Positions 31,093 to 43,101 of a stretch of DNA of 64,000 nt are shown here, piece after piece. The stretch covers positions 1,952,001 to 2,016,000 of the forward strand of contig CAXXDV010000003.1 of assembly GCA_963674745.2 (NCBI GenBank), in the 5' to 3' direction. This stretch comes from Desulfosudaceae bacterium. Lineage in GTDB: Bacteria > Desulfobacterota > Desulfobacteria > Desulfobacterales > Desulfosudaceae. Numbering within the stretch: position 1 is the stretch's first letter; every line of letters begins with the position of its first letter. The translations under genes were made by a program, and so were the position numbers. Below the pieces are notes generated by a model. The model had not been told where the DNA came from and made no database searches. It saw only the letters and a program-made list of their open reading frames with translations.

Positions 31093-32676
31093 TTAGTTGC
31101 CGGCGATCTTTCCAGCCAGGATTCCGGCTGCTTTGACAAAATCACTGCCCATGTTAGCCGCCATGGTCACAAAAGCCAACCGGTTTTTATCAATCCCCGT
31201 CTCGTCCAGCATTCTTGAAGCTTCTTCAATCCGCCATCTGGCGTAGTTACTGCCGTATTCAGACTTGCAGTTTCCGTTATGACAGGCGGCTACAAGAACC
31301 CCGCCGGCGCCTTCAACAAACGCCGAAAGGATATATTGAATATCGACTTTTCCGGCGCAAGGCACCTTAATAATGGAAAGTTTTTCCGGAAGCGGCATGC
31401 CGAATCGGGCGGCGGCTTCAGCTGCTTCGGCGGCTGAATTTTCACAGCAGAAAGCGACAATGGCGCCAGGGGTTTTCTCCAAAGCTTTTTTAACCTCACC
31501 CGAAATATCATCATCCGTGAACGACATCAGCTGAATCGCGTCATTCGGGCATTCGCTGGCACATATGCCGCAACCCTGACAGGCCACAGGAGAAATAACC
31601 GCTTTATCATCCCAGTATATGGCCCCATGGGGACAACACCGGTAACATGTCAGGCAGATGGCGCACTTTTCCCGATCAACAACGGCGATCCGGTCTGTAG
31701 GTACTTCTTCTTTAAACAGCACCCCCAGTTCAAGTAACACACTGGCCACATCTGTAACGCAACCGGTCAGGTTCTGTGCCTGCCGGGCGCCGCCGATGAC
31801 AAAAATACCTTTACGGTTGGATTTGGCTGGAAAACGATGGACATTATCTTTCTGCAGAAACCCTGACGGTGTAATATGCAGCCCCATGACCTCGGCCAGA
31901 GAGAGATTGGCCTCATCGGTCAGATTTTTTTCCTCAACCACCAGCAAATCATGGGTGGCTTCAACCGGCCTGCCCAGTACCATATCCTGAAAAACAACGC
32001 TGGTACCGTTAATTTCGGGCGCTTCTTTCATCTTGAAATAAACGGCCCCCTTGTCACGACCGGCCTTGTATAATCTGTCCAATCCGTTATCAGCCAGCTT
32101 GATATCATTGACATAGACAGAAGCATTTCCACCGTTTTCGACAATTGCCAGCACGGATTTGAATATCCGCTTCATGATTACCGGATCGCTGTTCTGCTTC
32201 AAGCCCACCAGGAATCCGACACTTTCATTCTTGATCTTGCCATCGGCAATGCGGGCTTCGATCTGTGACAGAGAAAGGGTATTATCCGACAGGCCAATAC
32301 CGTAAGCCTCGTGTTGAGCAACGGCCGCCAGATCAGTTGAGACGACGATGGCTCCGACCTTCTTGTCCTGCTTACCGCCTTTACCATCGGAGATTCTGGC
32401 GGTGAAGTCGCCGCATACACCGGCCAGGCCGGTGACACTGACGTTATTGAAAATTTCGATATTTTTATGGGATGATGCCTGCCCGGCAATTTTCTGCCAT
32501 TCGGCCAACGCCTCATCACTTGCCCCCAGTAACGCAACCGACTGGCCGGAAGAATCAGCACCTTGTTTCGCCAGCAGGACCTGGTATCCCGCATCCGCGA
32601 TTTTGACGGCCATTCCGTCTCCTGTTAAATTACCACCGATAACCAGCACGTCGGTATTCATATTGATGTTCTCCAT
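31093..32676 (-). CDS. HdrA-like/ferredoxin/MvhD fusion (QmoB-like architecture)
   Basis: Degenerate Rossmann motif (GGNLTG), two CxxCxxCxxxCP motifs, MvhD motifs AFCC, VPCAGK and ACHNGNC. Confidence 0.85.
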   Translation of the reverse strand: MENINMNTDVLVIGGNLTGDGMAVKIADAGYQVLLAKQGADSSGQSVALLGASDEALAEWQKIAGQASSHKNIEIFNNVSVTGLAGVCGDFTARISDGKGGKQDKKVGAIVVSTDLAAVAQHEAYGIGLSDNTLSLSQIEARIADGKIKNESVGFLVGLKQNSDPVIMKRIFKSVLAIVENGGNASVYVNDIKLADNGLDRLYKAGRDKGAVYFKMKEAPEINGTSVVFQDMVLGRPVEATHDLLVVEEKNLTDEANLSLAEVMGLHITPSGFLQKDNVHRFPAKSNRKGIFVIGGARQAQNLTGCVTDVASVLLELGVLFKEEVPTDRIAVVDREKCAICLTCYRCCPHGAIYWDDKAVISPVACQGCGICASECPNDAIQLMSFTDDDISGEVKKALEKTPGAIVAFCCENSAAEAAEAAARFGMPLPEKLSIIKVPCAGKVDIQYILSAFVEGAGGVLVAACHNGNCKSEYGSNYARWRIEEASRMLDETGIDKNRLAFVTMAANMGSDFVKAAGILAGKIAGN

Positions 32677-32680
32677 ATTG

Positions 32681-34015
32681 CTATTCTCCCAGATATGTCA
32701 TGGCTTCCTCTGCTGCCTGAATTGCCTGGGCAATGGAAGCATCTATTGTTTTAGGCTGATGAGCGGTTCCAGCAACAAAAATACCCTTTTTACCGGTTGC
32801 GGCGGCATCCAGATCGCCGGAGGCGCAAAGAAAACCATCCTTGTCAAGATCAAGCCCCAACAGATCGGCCAAAACCAGATTATCCGGATTCGGTGTAATC
32901 CCGACAGATAAAACCAGTAAATCAAACGTGTCATAAACAGCCGTCCCCGCAGTTGACACCGGCCCGGTATCTTCTTCACCTTCGGCCGCCGGAGCGGTTT
33001 CCTGTTCTTCAAGGGATTTTCCGGCTGCACCATCTTCATCGTAAAAACGGATGGACAGACAATCATTTTCCGCCGGGAAGGCATCCACGGGGATGCTTCT
33101 GACGAACCGGAACTGTTCGTTACAGGCTTCATAAAACATCGGAAACTCTTTACCAATATTTTGAATATCCATATAAAAAACAGTTATTTCGGAATCAGGC
33201 TGATGATGTTTTATCGACCGCGCCGAACGAAGTGCGTAAGGGCAGCAGACCCGGGAACACCAGAGGTTACCAAGCCGCTCATCACGACTGCCGACACATT
33301 GGACAAAGGCAATTTTTCTGGCCGGTTGCCCATCAGAAGGACGTACCAGCGATCCGTTCTCCCGTTTAATCCTTTCCATATCCAGTCCGCTGATGACATT
33401 GGGGAATTTCCCGTAGCCATAGGTACTTTTCTTGGAAGGATCAAAAGCCGAAAAGCCGGTAGCGACGATCACCGCATCCGCTTTTATCGTTTCAAAAGAC
33501 GCTTTGTCATCAACATTGATCGCACCCTCGGGACAAAGTTCAACCAGTGGTTTGCAATCATGAATTTTGTTTATGTCCAGGGCGTAAAGGGGATTGTTGT
33601 TTTTTGAATATCCCCGGAGCACAGCTCCCTTGACCGGTGATTTTTCAAAACAGACGCCGCAGTTATTACATTTCTCAGAATCGATAAAAATCGGCCCTTC
33701 TTTCAGGCTTATTGTGAAGCCGTCACTGTAGTCTACTTTTTCTATTTCGGAAAAAAGATGAACCGAGATATTATTGTCGGTGCTGACATCCTTCAGCAAC
33801 TCTTCGACGCTACAGGCGCCGCACTGCATGCATTCATCAGTTGCCTTGCAGGTATAACCGATGGCGTGCCCACCTAAAAAGTTTGTTTTTTCAACAATAT
33901 GGACGCCCACACCGGAGCCTGACAGTGCCCTGGCTGCCGCCAGCCCCGCGGCACCGCCACCGATAATTACTACTTGTTTTCCAGCCATATCCGTTCTCAA
34001 GCTCCTTGTATTCAA
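32681..34015 (-). CDS. HdrA-like flavoprotein
   Basis: GGGAAG, VATG, CVGSRD, CSRVCC and GIFVAG. Confidence 0.9.
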   Translation of the reverse strand: MNTRSLRTDMAGKQVVIIGGGAAGLAAARALSGSGVGVHIVEKTNFLGGHAIGYTCKATDECMQCGACSVEELLKDVSTDNNISVHLFSEIEKVDYSDGFTISLKEGPIFIDSEKCNNCGVCFEKSPVKGAVLRGYSKNNNPLYALDINKIHDCKPLVELCPEGAINVDDKASFETIKADAVIVATGFSAFDPSKKSTYGYGKFPNVISGLDMERIKRENGSLVRPSDGQPARKIAFVQCVGSRDERLGNLWCSRVCCPYALRSARSIKHHQPDSEITVFYMDIQNIGKEFPMFYEACNEQFRFVRSIPVDAFPAENDCLSIRFYDEDGAAGKSLEEQETAPAAEGEEDTGPVSTAGTAVYDTFDLLVLSVGITPNPDNLVLADLLGLDLDKDGFLCASGDLDAAATGKKGIFVAGTAHQPKTIDASIAQAIQAAEEAMTYLGE

Positions 34016-34042
34016 AATTATCCGAACATACGATTTTAAAAA

Positions 34043-34966
34043 TCAGACTTCGGGCCTCGGAAGAACACCGGCCTGTTCCGCAATCTCGGGCACTTTATGC
34101 TCCCATTCAATTGCCATTAGATGAACACCGGCGATGCCTTTCATCTCTTTGAATTCTTCAATCTGCTCACAGGCAATCCTGATGCCTTCTTTGGCCTGTT
34201 CATTTTTCTTGACACCCTTGAGTCGATTGATTATTTCATCCGGGACATCCATCCCCGGCACGTTTTTCTTCATATACCGCGCCATACCAAGGCTTTTCAT
34301 GGGGGTAACACCGGCCAGGATAAAAACCCTATCGGTAAGCCCCATATCATTTGCCTCTTTTACCCATTCCCGCATCCTGACCATGTTGAACACGCACTGG
34401 GTCTGAATGAAATCAGCTCCGGCAGCAACCTTTTTGGCCAGACGGTGCACCCGCCACTCATAAGGCCTGGCAAAAGGATTGGCCGCGGCACCGATAAACA
34501 GCTTCGGCGGTACGTCGATGTCCTGGCCGCTCAGGAATTTCCCTTCATCCCGCATGGTTTTAACGGTATTCACCAGTTGCATGGAGTCTATATCAAAAAC
34601 GCCCTTGGATTGCGGATGATCACCGAATTGCTGATGGTCACCGGACAGACATAACATATTATGAATGCCGTGTGCATAGGCGCCGAGGATATCCGCCTGC
34701 ATGGCCAGACGGTTACGATCGCGGCAGACCATCTGGAAATTAGGCTCCAGCCCTTCTGATATCGCGAATAATGAAGCGGCAAAGCTTGACATTCTGACAA
34801 CTGCCGTCTGATTGTCGGTAATATTCACCGCGTCAACCATGTTTTTCAAGGGTTTGGCTTTTTCCCGCAGGGCTTCTACGTTGGCACCCCGGGGAGGCCC
34901 TAGTTCACCGGTAAAAGCAAAGTGACCCGCACGCAGTATTTTCTCAAGTCTGCTTTCAGATTTCAT
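34043..34966 (-). CDS. metF: Methylenetetrahydrofolate reductase catalytic subunit
   Basis: NITDNQ, CRDRNRLAMQ, LCLSGD and KVAAGADFIQTQ. Confidence 0.93.
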   Translation of the reverse strand: MKSESRLEKILRAGHFAFTGELGPPRGANVEALREKAKPLKNMVDAVNITDNQTAVVRMSSFAASLFAISEGLEPNFQMVCRDRNRLAMQADILGAYAHGIHNMLCLSGDHQQFGDHPQSKGVFDIDSMQLVNTVKTMRDEGKFLSGQDIDVPPKLFIGAAANPFARPYEWRVHRLAKKVAAGADFIQTQCVFNMVRMREWVKEANDMGLTDRVFILAGVTPMKSLGMARYMKKNVPGMDVPDEIINRLKGVKKNEQAKEGIRIACEQIEEFKEMKGIAGVHLMAIEWEHKVPEIAEQAGVLPRPEV

Positions 34967-34989
34967 AATATCCTTCTTTCCCGAAAAAA

Positions 34990-35673
34990 TTACTTTTCTT
35001 CAAAAAATGCTTTACGCTCAACATAACCAGTCTGTATCAACGTCTGTGGCGTCTGATTTCTCCAGTCATTAATCGGATTCAGCGACAGGATGTTATCAAG
35101 ACGATTCTGCGCTTTCAGACGCTGGTATATCATAAACCACGCACAGGGCTGGTCCTTGTTGATTTCACAGCTTTCACCATTAGTGCCCCCGCAGGGTCCG
35201 TTAAAGAGCGATTTGGCACACATGGTCACCGGACAGATACCACCTGTCAATCCCAGCTGACAATTGCCGCAGGCACGGCATTTTTCCTCATACCAGCCCG
35301 CATCGCGGTTTACACCGATAAAATTGGTGTTCACCGCCGGAAAAACCGGTGTTTCAGGGTACCTTTCCGCCAGGAATTGAATACCCGCGCCACAGGCCAT
35401 GGAAAGGAGCGCACCGTGCCGGGGCACCAGATCATCCAGTTGGGCCAGGAACTCCATGTCACACTGACGCTGCACGGTTATTCCCTGGAATTCCGCGGTG
35501 CGGCCCTTTTCCCTGGCACTCATGGCCAACTCGGCATTCAAAATACCGACCTCTTTTTCACCACCCGCAAGGCAGACGGTGACACAGGTAGCACATCCCA
35601 CGGTCAGCACATTCTGGTAGTCTTTTATAAAATTCTCAATCTCTTCAAATGGTTTTCGTTCCGCTACTATCAT
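34990..35673 (-). CDS. metV: MTHFR Fe-S/Zn subunit (MTHFR_C)
   Basis: CRACGNC, CPVTMCAKSLFNGPCGG and PCAW; start set at MIVAERK. Confidence 0.9.
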   Translation of the reverse strand: MIVAERKPFEEIENFIKDYQNVLTVGCATCVTVCLAGGEKEVGILNAELAMSAREKGRTAEFQGITVQRQCDMEFLAQLDDLVPRHGALLSMACGAGIQFLAERYPETPVFPAVNTNFIGVNRDAGWYEEKCRACGNCQLGLTGGICPVTMCAKSLFNGPCGGTNGESCEINKDQPCAWFMIYQRLKAQNRLDNILSLNPINDWRNQTPQTLIQTGYVERKAFFEEK

Positions 35674-35918
35674 AGAGCATCCTCCTAATTGCGACAAACA
35701 ACATCATAGCCGATGTACAAAAGAGAAAACATGCCATAAAAACTGAAAAAAAGTCAATAAATTTTACAAAAATTCAAATTTTTTTTAACGTTTTCAGATA
35801 ACTATTTTTTAATACTGTAAAAAACACGCTGACCGGACACAGTTTTGATTGACATATAAAAAATGGGTTGCCTAATATACATATTTTTACTCATATACTT
35901 ACTTAACCCAAACACTAA

Positions 35919-36866
<948 letters not shown>

Positions 36867-36915
36867 TCATTTCAACCCGGATATTTCATTTTCTTTGTTT
36901 TATTTAAAGATATGT

Positions 36916-37057
36916 GGGCACCTCTAAAAACTAGAATTTGGGTTCGAGGTCAAGGTGCGCGAAAATTTTTACCGAAGGAATACATTGACGTATTTCGAGG
37001 ATTAAAACTTGAGCACAAGGCCGGCATCGGGCCAAAAGATAGTTTTTAAAGGTGCCC
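36916..37057. mobile_element. 142-bp MITE-like element
   Basis: 18-bp terminal inverted repeats GGGCACCTCTAAAAACTA / TAGTTTTTAAAGGTGCCC (1 mismatch), internal AATAC-N6-GTATT hairpin, no transposase. Confidence 0.8.
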
Positions 37058-37078
37058 GGGAAATATCCGGAGCAGCGC

Positions 37079-38464
37079 CTAAAGCCCGCCGCGAACCGGA
37101 CGGACCAACGCATTTGCATACATATAAGTCTTATCTACGCCACTCGGGCTGTTACCGCTGTCAAAATGAACAAACCATGCTGAGCTCGCATCAGGGGCAT
37201 GAGTCGTTGAGGACCAGAAAATGTTGGAGTAGTAGGAAATTGAACTTGTTTTTGGAAAATAATTCTCATTTATGGCCTGCTGATATCTTCCATAATCCAC
37301 AAGAGACCTTAATTCCTTGATGTTCGGCATCCGCCAGTCGGAATAACCGGCCAAAGTCATGTCCTGGCAATACCTCAAGGCGTCCTGCCAGGTCATGGCC
37401 TCCGAAGATGAATCCCGCGCCCACATCAGATGCTTACCATTCTCGGTAACCGTGACCGTGCCGTCGCCATTATCCGTATATATCGGCGATGACCCGATCC
37501 CACGAACGGCACGCACGGAAAAGTTTTTTTGTTTATCGTTCTTGACGATGCCGCCGTCATCAAAATCCAAAGACCAGGCGGAACTGGCATCGGCGGCATT
37601 CATCGTGGCAGACCAGTAACTGGCATCTATCGTGTTCGGAAAAAAATCCGTATTAATCGCCGGACTGCGGCCAATAAAATTTGCGATTGAATTCAATTCC
37701 TTTATGGTCGGCAAACGCCAGTCTGAAAATCCTCCGAAATTTTCGTCGTTCAGTTGAGCCATAAACGCGTCACCGGCACGATCCCAGTCCGATACCAGGT
37801 TTTTGTCATGGATGGTACCGTCTTCGGTTTTGACCTCCCAGATCAGACCGGTCAAATTATCCCTTACCATGGCCCAGTTAAGGGCGTCTTTTGTTAAAGG
37901 GAAACCACCTGCGTCCAGCCTGGTAAAGGGTGAACTGATTGTGGCATAACAGGCATCCTGACCGTAAAAGTCCTCGCCAGGTGACGGGCAGGGATAAAGG
38001 AAATAAATCGTATCATAGCATCGGGTCTGGCCGGTATCAGAAACAAACGAGTTGCCCAGCAAACACGCTTCATCATTTATGCCGTCACCGTCATTGTCTA
38101 TCCCGTCATCGCAGACTTCCGGCAGGCAATCCTCATCAACCAGCCCGTCGCAGTCGTTATCAATGCCCACACAAAATTCTTTTGCCTGAGGATTAATCGT
38201 CGGGTCTCTATCGTCACAATCCAATCGTTTGCCGCAGCCTTCTTCAACATAAAAGCCATCTCCGTCATTGTCTGTGCAGCCGACAGAATCTTCTTTTTGC
38301 ACACTATTGCCGGGACCGCTGCTGTCGCCAAAACTGCAGCCGGACGTGCCGACGAGAATCACCAATAAAAGGCCCGTCATCATCACGAAAAAGACAGAAC
38401 GAACCTTGTTAAAAATCTCTGATATGTGTTTCATGGACGTCTCCTTTTGGGGCGATGCTATCAT
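37079..38464 (-). CDS. Putative lipoprotein with Asp/Cys-rich metal-binding repeats and two DUF1566 (Lcl C-terminal) domains
   Basis: Lipobox-like TSGC, DCDD..P and DGIDNDxDG repeats, GxSDWRxPxIKEL twice, VRAVR/VRPVR. Confidence 0.87.
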   Translation of the reverse strand: MIASPQKETSMKHISEIFNKVRSVFFVMMTGLLLVILVGTSGCSFGDSSGPGNSVQKEDSVGCTDNDGDGFYVEEGCGKRLDCDDRDPTINPQAKEFCVGIDNDCDGLVDEDCLPEVCDDGIDNDGDGINDEACLLGNSFVSDTGQTRCYDTIYFLYPCPSPGEDFYGQDACYATISSPFTRLDAGGFPLTKDALNWAMVRDNLTGLIWEVKTEDGTIHDKNLVSDWDRAGDAFMAQLNDENFGGFSDWRLPTIKELNSIANFIGRSPAINTDFFPNTIDASYWSATMNAADASSAWSLDFDDGGIVKNDKQKNFSVRAVRGIGSSPIYTDNGDGTVTVTENGKHLMWARDSSSEAMTWQDALRYCQDMTLAGYSDWRMPNIKELRSLVDYGRYQQAINENYFPKTSSISYYSNIFWSSTTHAPDASSAWFVHFDSGNSPSGVDKTYMYANALVRPVRGGL

Positions 38465-38492
38465 AAAAAAGTGTAAAACGCGATTTAACCAG

Positions 38493-40313
38493 TCATGTGT
38501 ACAGGGCCTCTTTAATCCCGATCGCTATTTTTCTGGAAATGCCCGGTACCGCCGTAAGCTGATCAATATCCGCCCGGCGGATGTGCTCCATGGTGCCGAA
38601 ATGATCCAGCAGGGCCTTCTTCTTTTTCAAACCGATCCCGTCCACTTTATCCAATGCGGACTGAAATGCCACATGGCCGCGACGAATTTTCTGGTAAGAA
38701 ACGGCAAACCGGTGCGCTTCGTCTCTGACCTGCTGCAGCAGGAAAAGCGCCGTATCCCCGGCGGTAAAATTCACGGGATTGACCCGCCCGGGCAGATAGA
38801 TTTTATCCTCTTCGTCCTTGTCCCGATCTCGTTTGGCAATGGCTGCTACGACAAAACTACCGGCCAACCCAAGGTCTTTAAGGACTGAAAGTGCAATATT
38901 CAACTGCCCCCTGCCCCCGTCTACCAGCAGCAGATCCGGATAAACCGGCCTTTTTTCATCGTTTGAAAATCGACGGTAAAGCACCTCCGCCATGCAGGCA
39001 TAATCATCCCGGCTGTCAGCCTGCTTGATCCGATATCGCCGATAGCGATCTTTGGCCGGACGGCCGTCCACAAAAACCGCCATGGCCGCCACCGGTTCAG
39101 TACCACCCAGATGGGAATTATCAAAACATTCGATCACCTCGGGCAATGTCGTCATGTGCAGTTTTTTCTGAATACGCGCCAGCACCTGCCGGTTGGATTC
39201 GAACTGCGCCGTGCGATCGGCCAGTTCATTCCTGGCGTTTTCTCCGGCCATTTCAACCAACCGCTTTTTTTCACCCCGTTGCGGCACCAGCAGGCGCACC
39301 GTTTTCCCTCTGTTTTCTCTCAATGACGCCGCCATCAGCATCGTATCAGCCGGAGGAAAAGCCGTCAGAATTTCATCCGGGATCACACTGTTCTTGCCGT
39401 AAAATTGTGCCATAAAGGACCGGATGGTTTCCGGTTGGGGTGTGAGTGCCCGATCGAAATGGAAAAAAGCGGTACCCACCAGAAAACCACCGCGAACATG
39501 CAGTAACGTAAAGACCGAGAACCGTTCGTTTTCAGCCAGACCGATCACGTCACGGTCCGCAAAGTCAGTGGTAACAACGACCTGCTTTTCAAGCATTCTT
39601 TCCACGGCAAACATCTTGTCCCGAAGCCGGGCGGCCAGTTCAAAATCCCGGGTTGATGATGCCTGCGTCATTTCCTGCTTGATCTTGGACACCAGGTCCG
39701 ACCGTCTCCCTTTTAAAAACAAGACCACCTCTTTTAAAATTTCCTGATAATCACTTTCGGAGATATCGTTACAGCAGGGTGCCAGGCACAGCCCCATCTG
39801 GAAGTTCAGGCACGGCCGCTCCCGTTTTTTAAATCGCTTGTCGCGGCACTTTCTGAGCTTAAAGGTTTTGTCGATTATTTTCATGGTTTCCCTGACCGCT
39901 CGGGAAGACGTATAGGGGCCGAAATACAGCGCGCCGTCGTTATTAATTTTTCTCACGATTTCCAGAGCCGGATAGGGTTGCCCGTTGATATCGAGTCGTA
40001 GTGAGGGATAACGCTTGTCGTCCTTTAAAATCACGTTATACCGGGGTTTATAGCGCTTGATCAGGTTGGACTCCAGGATCAGGGCTTCTTTTTCCGTGGC
40101 CGTCACCAGGGTTTCAAAGTCGACCATTCTTTCAACCAGAACCCCGGTTTTCGGATCCATCCGTTTTCGATCGATAAAATAGGACGCCAGGCGCTTTCTC
40201 AGGTTGGCAGCTTTGCCGACATAGATGACCCGGCCGGTTTCATCTTTAAAAAGATAAACCCCCGGGCTTGAAGAAGCGCCCGCCAGTTTTTCAGATAAAG
40301 GGTGATGATTCAT
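38493..40313 (-). CDS. uvrC: Excinuclease ABC subunit C
   Basis: GIY-YIG (PGVYLF...YVGKA), [14 protein letters not shown] and HhH. Confidence 0.97.
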   Translation of the reverse strand: MNHHPLSEKLAGASSSPGVYLFKDETGRVIYVGKAANLRKRLASYFIDRKRMDPKTGVLVERMVDFETLVTATEKEALILESNLIKRYKPRYNVILKDDKRYPSLRLDINGQPYPALEIVRKINNDGALYFGPYTSSRAVRETMKIIDKTFKLRKCRDKRFKKRERPCLNFQMGLCLAPCCNDISESDYQEILKEVVLFLKGRRSDLVSKIKQEMTQASSTRDFELAARLRDKMFAVERMLEKQVVVTTDFADRDVIGLAENERFSVFTLLHVRGGFLVGTAFFHFDRALTPQPETIRSFMAQFYGKNSVIPDEILTAFPPADTMLMAASLRENRGKTVRLLVPQRGEKKRLVEMAGENARNELADRTAQFESNRQVLARIQKKLHMTTLPEVIECFDNSHLGGTEPVAAMAVFVDGRPAKDRYRRYRIKQADSRDDYACMAEVLYRRFSNDEKRPVYPDLLLVDGGRGQLNIALSVLKDLGLAGSFVVAAIAKRDRDKDEEDKIYLPGRVNPVNFTAGDTALFLLQQVRDEAHRFAVSYQKIRRGHVAFQSALDKVDGIGLKKKKALLDHFGTMEHIRRADIDQLTAVPGISRKIAIGIKEALYT

Positions 40314-42319
40314 TTCTCAAAATCGAACAGCATCAATTTCTTCAACTCAATAATCCGGTCCCTGATTTCGGCCGCTTTTTCAAACTCATACTCATCTGCG
40401 GCATTTTTCATTTCCCGTTCCAGCCCGGCCACGATTTCGCCCAGGTCTTCAACCGTCTCGTATTGTGCCAGGGTTTCCTCAATGCCGACTTGGTCACTTG
40501 TTTTCGTCAATTCCTGCATGGCCTCGAAGGTGGTGGCGATCTCCTTGACAATGGTTTTGGGCGTAATGCTGTGAGCATGGTTATACTCAACTTGAATGGT
40601 CCGCCGCCGGCTGGTCTCGTCCATGGCCCGGCGCATGGCATTGGTCACATGGTCGGCATACAGGACAACTGTTCCATTAACATTTCTGGCCGCCCTCCCG
40701 AATGTCTGCACCAAAGACCGTTCCGATCGAAGAAACCCCTCTTTATCGGCGTCCAGAACTGCCACCATCGACACTTCCGGGATATCCAGCCCTTCCCGCA
40801 AGAGGTTGATGCCGATCAAAACATCAATCTCACCCCGCCTCAATTCCTGGATCAACCCCATCCGCTCGATGGTTTTAATCTCGGAATGAAGGTATTTTGT
40901 CCGCACCCCCAGGTCAGCGTAATAATCGGTCAGGTCTTCGGCCATGCGCTTGGTCAGGGTGGTAACCAGCACCCGTTCCTGCCGATCGACACGTTTCCGG
41001 ATTTCATCATATAAATCATCCACCTGATTGGCGGCCGGGTGTATCTCAATCCCGGGATCCACCAGGCCGGTGGGGCGGACAACCTGCTCCACCACGGCAC
41101 CGCCGGCTTTATTATATTCATATTCCGCCGGTGTGGCCGAGACATAAGTAATGGCCGCACGTTGCGCCTTCTCATTAAATTCATCAAAGGTCAGAGGCCG
41201 GTTGTCCAGGGCCGACGGCAGCCGGAACCCGTATTCCACCAGGGTTTCTTTCCGCGAGCGGTCCCCTTTGAACATGGCGCCCAGTTGCGGCACCGTGATA
41301 TGACATTCATCCAGAAAAATAAGAAAATCATCCGGAAAATAGTCCATCAATGTCGAAGGCGGATCCCCCTGGTTGCGGCCGGTAATATGGCGGGCATAGT
41401 TTTCAATCCCGTTGCAGTAGCCCATCTCCTGTATCATTTCCACGTCAAAATGAGTCCGCTCCTCAATCCGTTGCGCTTCGATGAGTTTGCCCTGGTCCCT
41501 GAAAAAATCAATCCGCACTTTTAACTCATCCAGGATGCGGTCGATGATGGCCTTGCGGCTCTGTTTTTTGGTTACATAATGGCTGGCCGGATAAATCACC
41601 GCCCGTTCCAGCCGGTTCACCACTTCCCCCTTGAGTGGATCGATTTCCGAAATGGCTTCGATCTCATCACCGAAAAATTCCACCCGAAGGGCACGGTCCT
41701 CCTCGTAGGCGGGGAAAACATCAACCCGATCACCACGAACACGAAAGACACCCCTGAAAAAATCCAGGTCATTGCGTTCATACTGGATGGCCACCAGGTT
41801 TTTCAGAAAGTCGTCACGGTCCATGAGTTGGCCGGATTTAATATCAATACGCATCTCAAGATAATCTTCGGGCGCGCCCAGGCCGAAAATGCAGGATACG
41901 CTGGCCACCACGATAACATCACGTCTGGACAATACCGACCGGGTGGCGGAATGACGCATCTTGTCGATCATCTCATTGATGGACGAGTCCTTCTGGATAT
42001 ACGTATCGGATACGGGCAGATAAGCTTCCGGCTGATAATAATCATAATAACTGACAAAATATTCGACGCTGTTGTCGGGAAAAAGGCCCGTAAACTCGTT
42101 GTACAGCTGCGCCGCCAGAGTCTTGTTCGGCGCGATGATCAGGGCCGGTTTTTCCAGCCGCGCGATGACATGGGCCATGGTAAAGGTTTTGCCGGACCCG
42201 GTAACGCCCATAAAAACCTGGTGCTTACGGCCGGACCGGATATGACGGCACAGTCCGTCAATGGCCTGCGGCTGATCGCCCATGGGCGTAAAACTGGTGG
42301 TAAGGGAGTATAGCGACAT
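40310..42319 (-). CDS. uvrB: Excinuclease ABC subunit B
   Basis: [18 protein letters not shown] and C-terminal UVR domain. Confidence 0.98.
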   Translation of the reverse strand: MSLYSLTTSFTPMGDQPQAIDGLCRHIRSGRKHQVFMGVTGSGKTFTMAHVIARLEKPALIIAPNKTLAAQLYNEFTGLFPDNSVEYFVSYYDYYQPEAYLPVSDTYIQKDSSINEMIDKMRHSATRSVLSRRDVIVVASVSCIFGLGAPEDYLEMRIDIKSGQLMDRDDFLKNLVAIQYERNDLDFFRGVFRVRGDRVDVFPAYEEDRALRVEFFGDEIEAISEIDPLKGEVVNRLERAVIYPASHYVTKKQSRKAIIDRILDELKVRIDFFRDQGKLIEAQRIEERTHFDVEMIQEMGYCNGIENYARHITGRNQGDPPSTLMDYFPDDFLIFLDECHITVPQLGAMFKGDRSRKETLVEYGFRLPSALDNRPLTFDEFNEKAQRAAITYVSATPAEYEYNKAGGAVVEQVVRPTGLVDPGIEIHPAANQVDDLYDEIRKRVDRQERVLVTTLTKRMAEDLTDYYADLGVRTKYLHSEIKTIERMGLIQELRRGEIDVLIGINLLREGLDIPEVSMVAVLDADKEGFLRSERSLVQTFGRAARNVNGTVVLYADHVTNAMRRAMDETSRRRTIQVEYNHAHSITPKTIVKEIATTFEAMQELTKTSDQVGIEETLAQYETVEDLGEIVAGLEREMKNAADEYEFEKAAEIRDRIIELKKLMLFDFEK

Positions 42320-42338
42320 GATGACTTACTGGTTTCTT

Positions 42339-42668
42339 TTATTCTCCCCAGACGCGGATAGCCTGCTGTTCCCATAAGCCACCCAGGAGACTGATTGTTT
42401 TCATATCGGCAAAATAAAATGTCTCAAACCCCGCTTTCCGGGCGGCATCCCCGATGGCCCTGCTGTCCCATTCAACGGATATGTCTAATCCGGTAACCGG
42501 CTCCTGCAAAAGCTTGCTGTTAACCGAGGTGACCGTGTGCCCTATGGGGGTTTGATTCATATCGGTCGTCAAGGGAAACGTCACATTGGTATAAATAAGC
42601 CCCGAGGTGCAGCCCGGTCCGAGCAGCAGAAACATGAGCAAAAGCATAATCATGGGTGCTGACCGCAA
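42339..42668 (-). CDS. TRL-like family lipoprotein
   Basis: Signal peptide with GC, then AIGDAARKAG...AD...V.G; TTG start follows GGAG (alternative ATG at 42653). Confidence 0.7.
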   Translation of the reverse strand: MRSAPMIMLLLMFLLLGPGCTSGLIYTNVTFPLTTDMNQTPIGHTVTSVNSKLLQEPVTGLDISVEWDSRAIGDAARKAGFETFYFADMKTISLLGGLWEQQAIRVWGE

Positions 42669-42669
42669 C

Positions 42670-42981
42670 TTAATCTCCATAAGCGATGGTGGTGTGGCGG
42701 GCGTACAACCCGCCCAGTAAAATAAAATATTCTCCATCCAGATGATTGATGATCCGAATATCAGCGTTTTGGGCCGCTTTAGCCGTGCCGGCATCACCCC
42801 AGCTCACCAGCCAGGCAATGGAATGAACACTGGACCTGCCCACCTTATCTCCCAGCCGGGTCTGATCGACATCCCGATCAAGGGGGTACCGTACTTTGCC
42901 GTACATGCATCCTGAAAACAGAACCGCGCATAAAACCGGCAGCAGTATTATCCTGAATATTTTTGTACGCATAAGCTTCAT
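42670..42981 (-). CDS. TRL-like family lipoprotein
   Basis: FSGC lipobox, LVSWGDAG..AA...I and TTIAYGD. Confidence 0.8.
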   Translation of the reverse strand: MKLMRTKIFRIILLPVLCAVLFSGCMYGKVRYPLDRDVDQTRLGDKVGRSSVHSIAWLVSWGDAGTAKAAQNADIRIINHLDGEYFILLGGLYARHTTIAYGD

Positions 42982-43101
42982 ATCCGTCTGTCCTTTTTCA
43001 TAAACCCGTCAATGGCATGCCTCACAAGCCGGCAACCTGAAAATACGTCTAAATTATGTTTAATAATAGCCCAAATTGAAATAAAACGCCATAGTCGTCT
43101 G

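Noticed and set aside
31093..34015. Selenocysteine in HdrA or MvhD
   Set aside because: Both ORFs are continuous, with Cys codons and no in-frame TGA.
36931..37119. Small ORFs over the MITEs (also 55928-56116 and 56070-56267)
   Set aside because: They are translations of non-coding repeat elements.
37079..37200. DUF1566 C-terminus as the variable region of a diversity-generating retroelement
   Set aside because: There is no reverse transcriptase or template repeat in the window, and many codons end in A/G, unlike AAY-derived variable positions. A remote DGR cannot be fully excluded.
42669..42797. Long N-terminus of ORF 42339-42797
   Set aside because: It overlaps the upstream TRL gene in another frame; the signal peptide begins near 42668-42653.
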